From a virus: DNA of 58,860 bases. The stretch lies in the IMG/VR virus record IMGVR_UViG_3300043137_000366. One strand, given 5' to 3'. Under the pieces are notes generated by a model. It worked only from the letters and a program-made list of their open reading frames with translations. It was not told the origin of the DNA and searched no databases. Both the position numbers and the translations under genes were made by a program. Below, piece by piece: positions 58,737 through 58,860 of this stretch; within the stretch, counting starts at the first letter, position 1; each line of letters opens with the position of its first letter.

Positions 58737-58860
58737 AATTAAGAGGTGGAACAAGTAGCGGCAGACCAACCGGCGACCGCTCCGAGTTCCGAGTTTTCAG
58801 GTGTTAGGATGGTTGGTGAGAGTATCGGCGCTCGCCCCCGTCGCCGGTGGCTGCGCATTG
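58737..58860 (+). repeat. Terminal overlap copy 2 (identical to 1-124)
   Basis: Exact 124-nt identity with the start of the window. Confidence 0.95.

Larger units (their letters stand above)
1..58860. mobile_element. Complete temperate tailed-phage genome (circularly closed contig, unit length about 58,736 bp)
   Basis: Contains terminase, portal, capsid, tail fibre, endolysin, integrase and replication modules. The first 124 nt are repeated exactly at the end of the window. Confidence 0.85.

Overview
The window is a complete genome of a temperate tailed phage, not a chromosomal segment. Bases 1-124 are identical to 58737-58860, so the contig closes on itself with a unit length of about 58,736 bp. 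It is GC-rich by eye, with a few AT-rich islands.

Layout:
- Rightward late arm, about 6484-41931: putative small terminase, a full one-piece tmRNA, large terminase, small accessory genes (HAD phosphatase, MazG-like), a single 4,862-aa ORF (13535-28123), portal, scaffold, major capsid, tail and fibre genes, and a lysis cassette.
- Leftward replication and recombination arm, 54975 down to 41928: RHH regulator, excisionase-like HTH, AAA_24/Sak4-like ATPase, SSB-like protein, SMC-like ATPase, PD-(D/E)XK exonuclease, VRR-NUC nuclease, MarR, Lar, SF2 helicase and primase-helicase.
- Small rightward lysogeny module, 55092-56822: RHH repressor candidate, membrane protein and tyrosine integrase, followed by a tRNA-3'-end-like attP candidate.
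- A second leftward operon of small, mostly unknown genes running from 5634 through the contig junction to 56991.

Most notable observations:
1. A strand-oriented 15-17 nt motif, CGTTGACGTAAC(G/A)CGA(A/G), present in at least 14 copies at gene boundaries. It often supplies the upstream stop codon.
2. The giant ORF fuses a C5-methyltransferase-like domain, an SNF2 ATPase and an N6-methyltransferase next to the portal gene.
3. The phage-borne tmRNA has a non-canonical tag ending.
4. A two-gene cassette is duplicated, with two islands of perfect nucleotide identity inside otherwise diverged sequence.

All functional calls come from motifs read by eye. No database search was possible.
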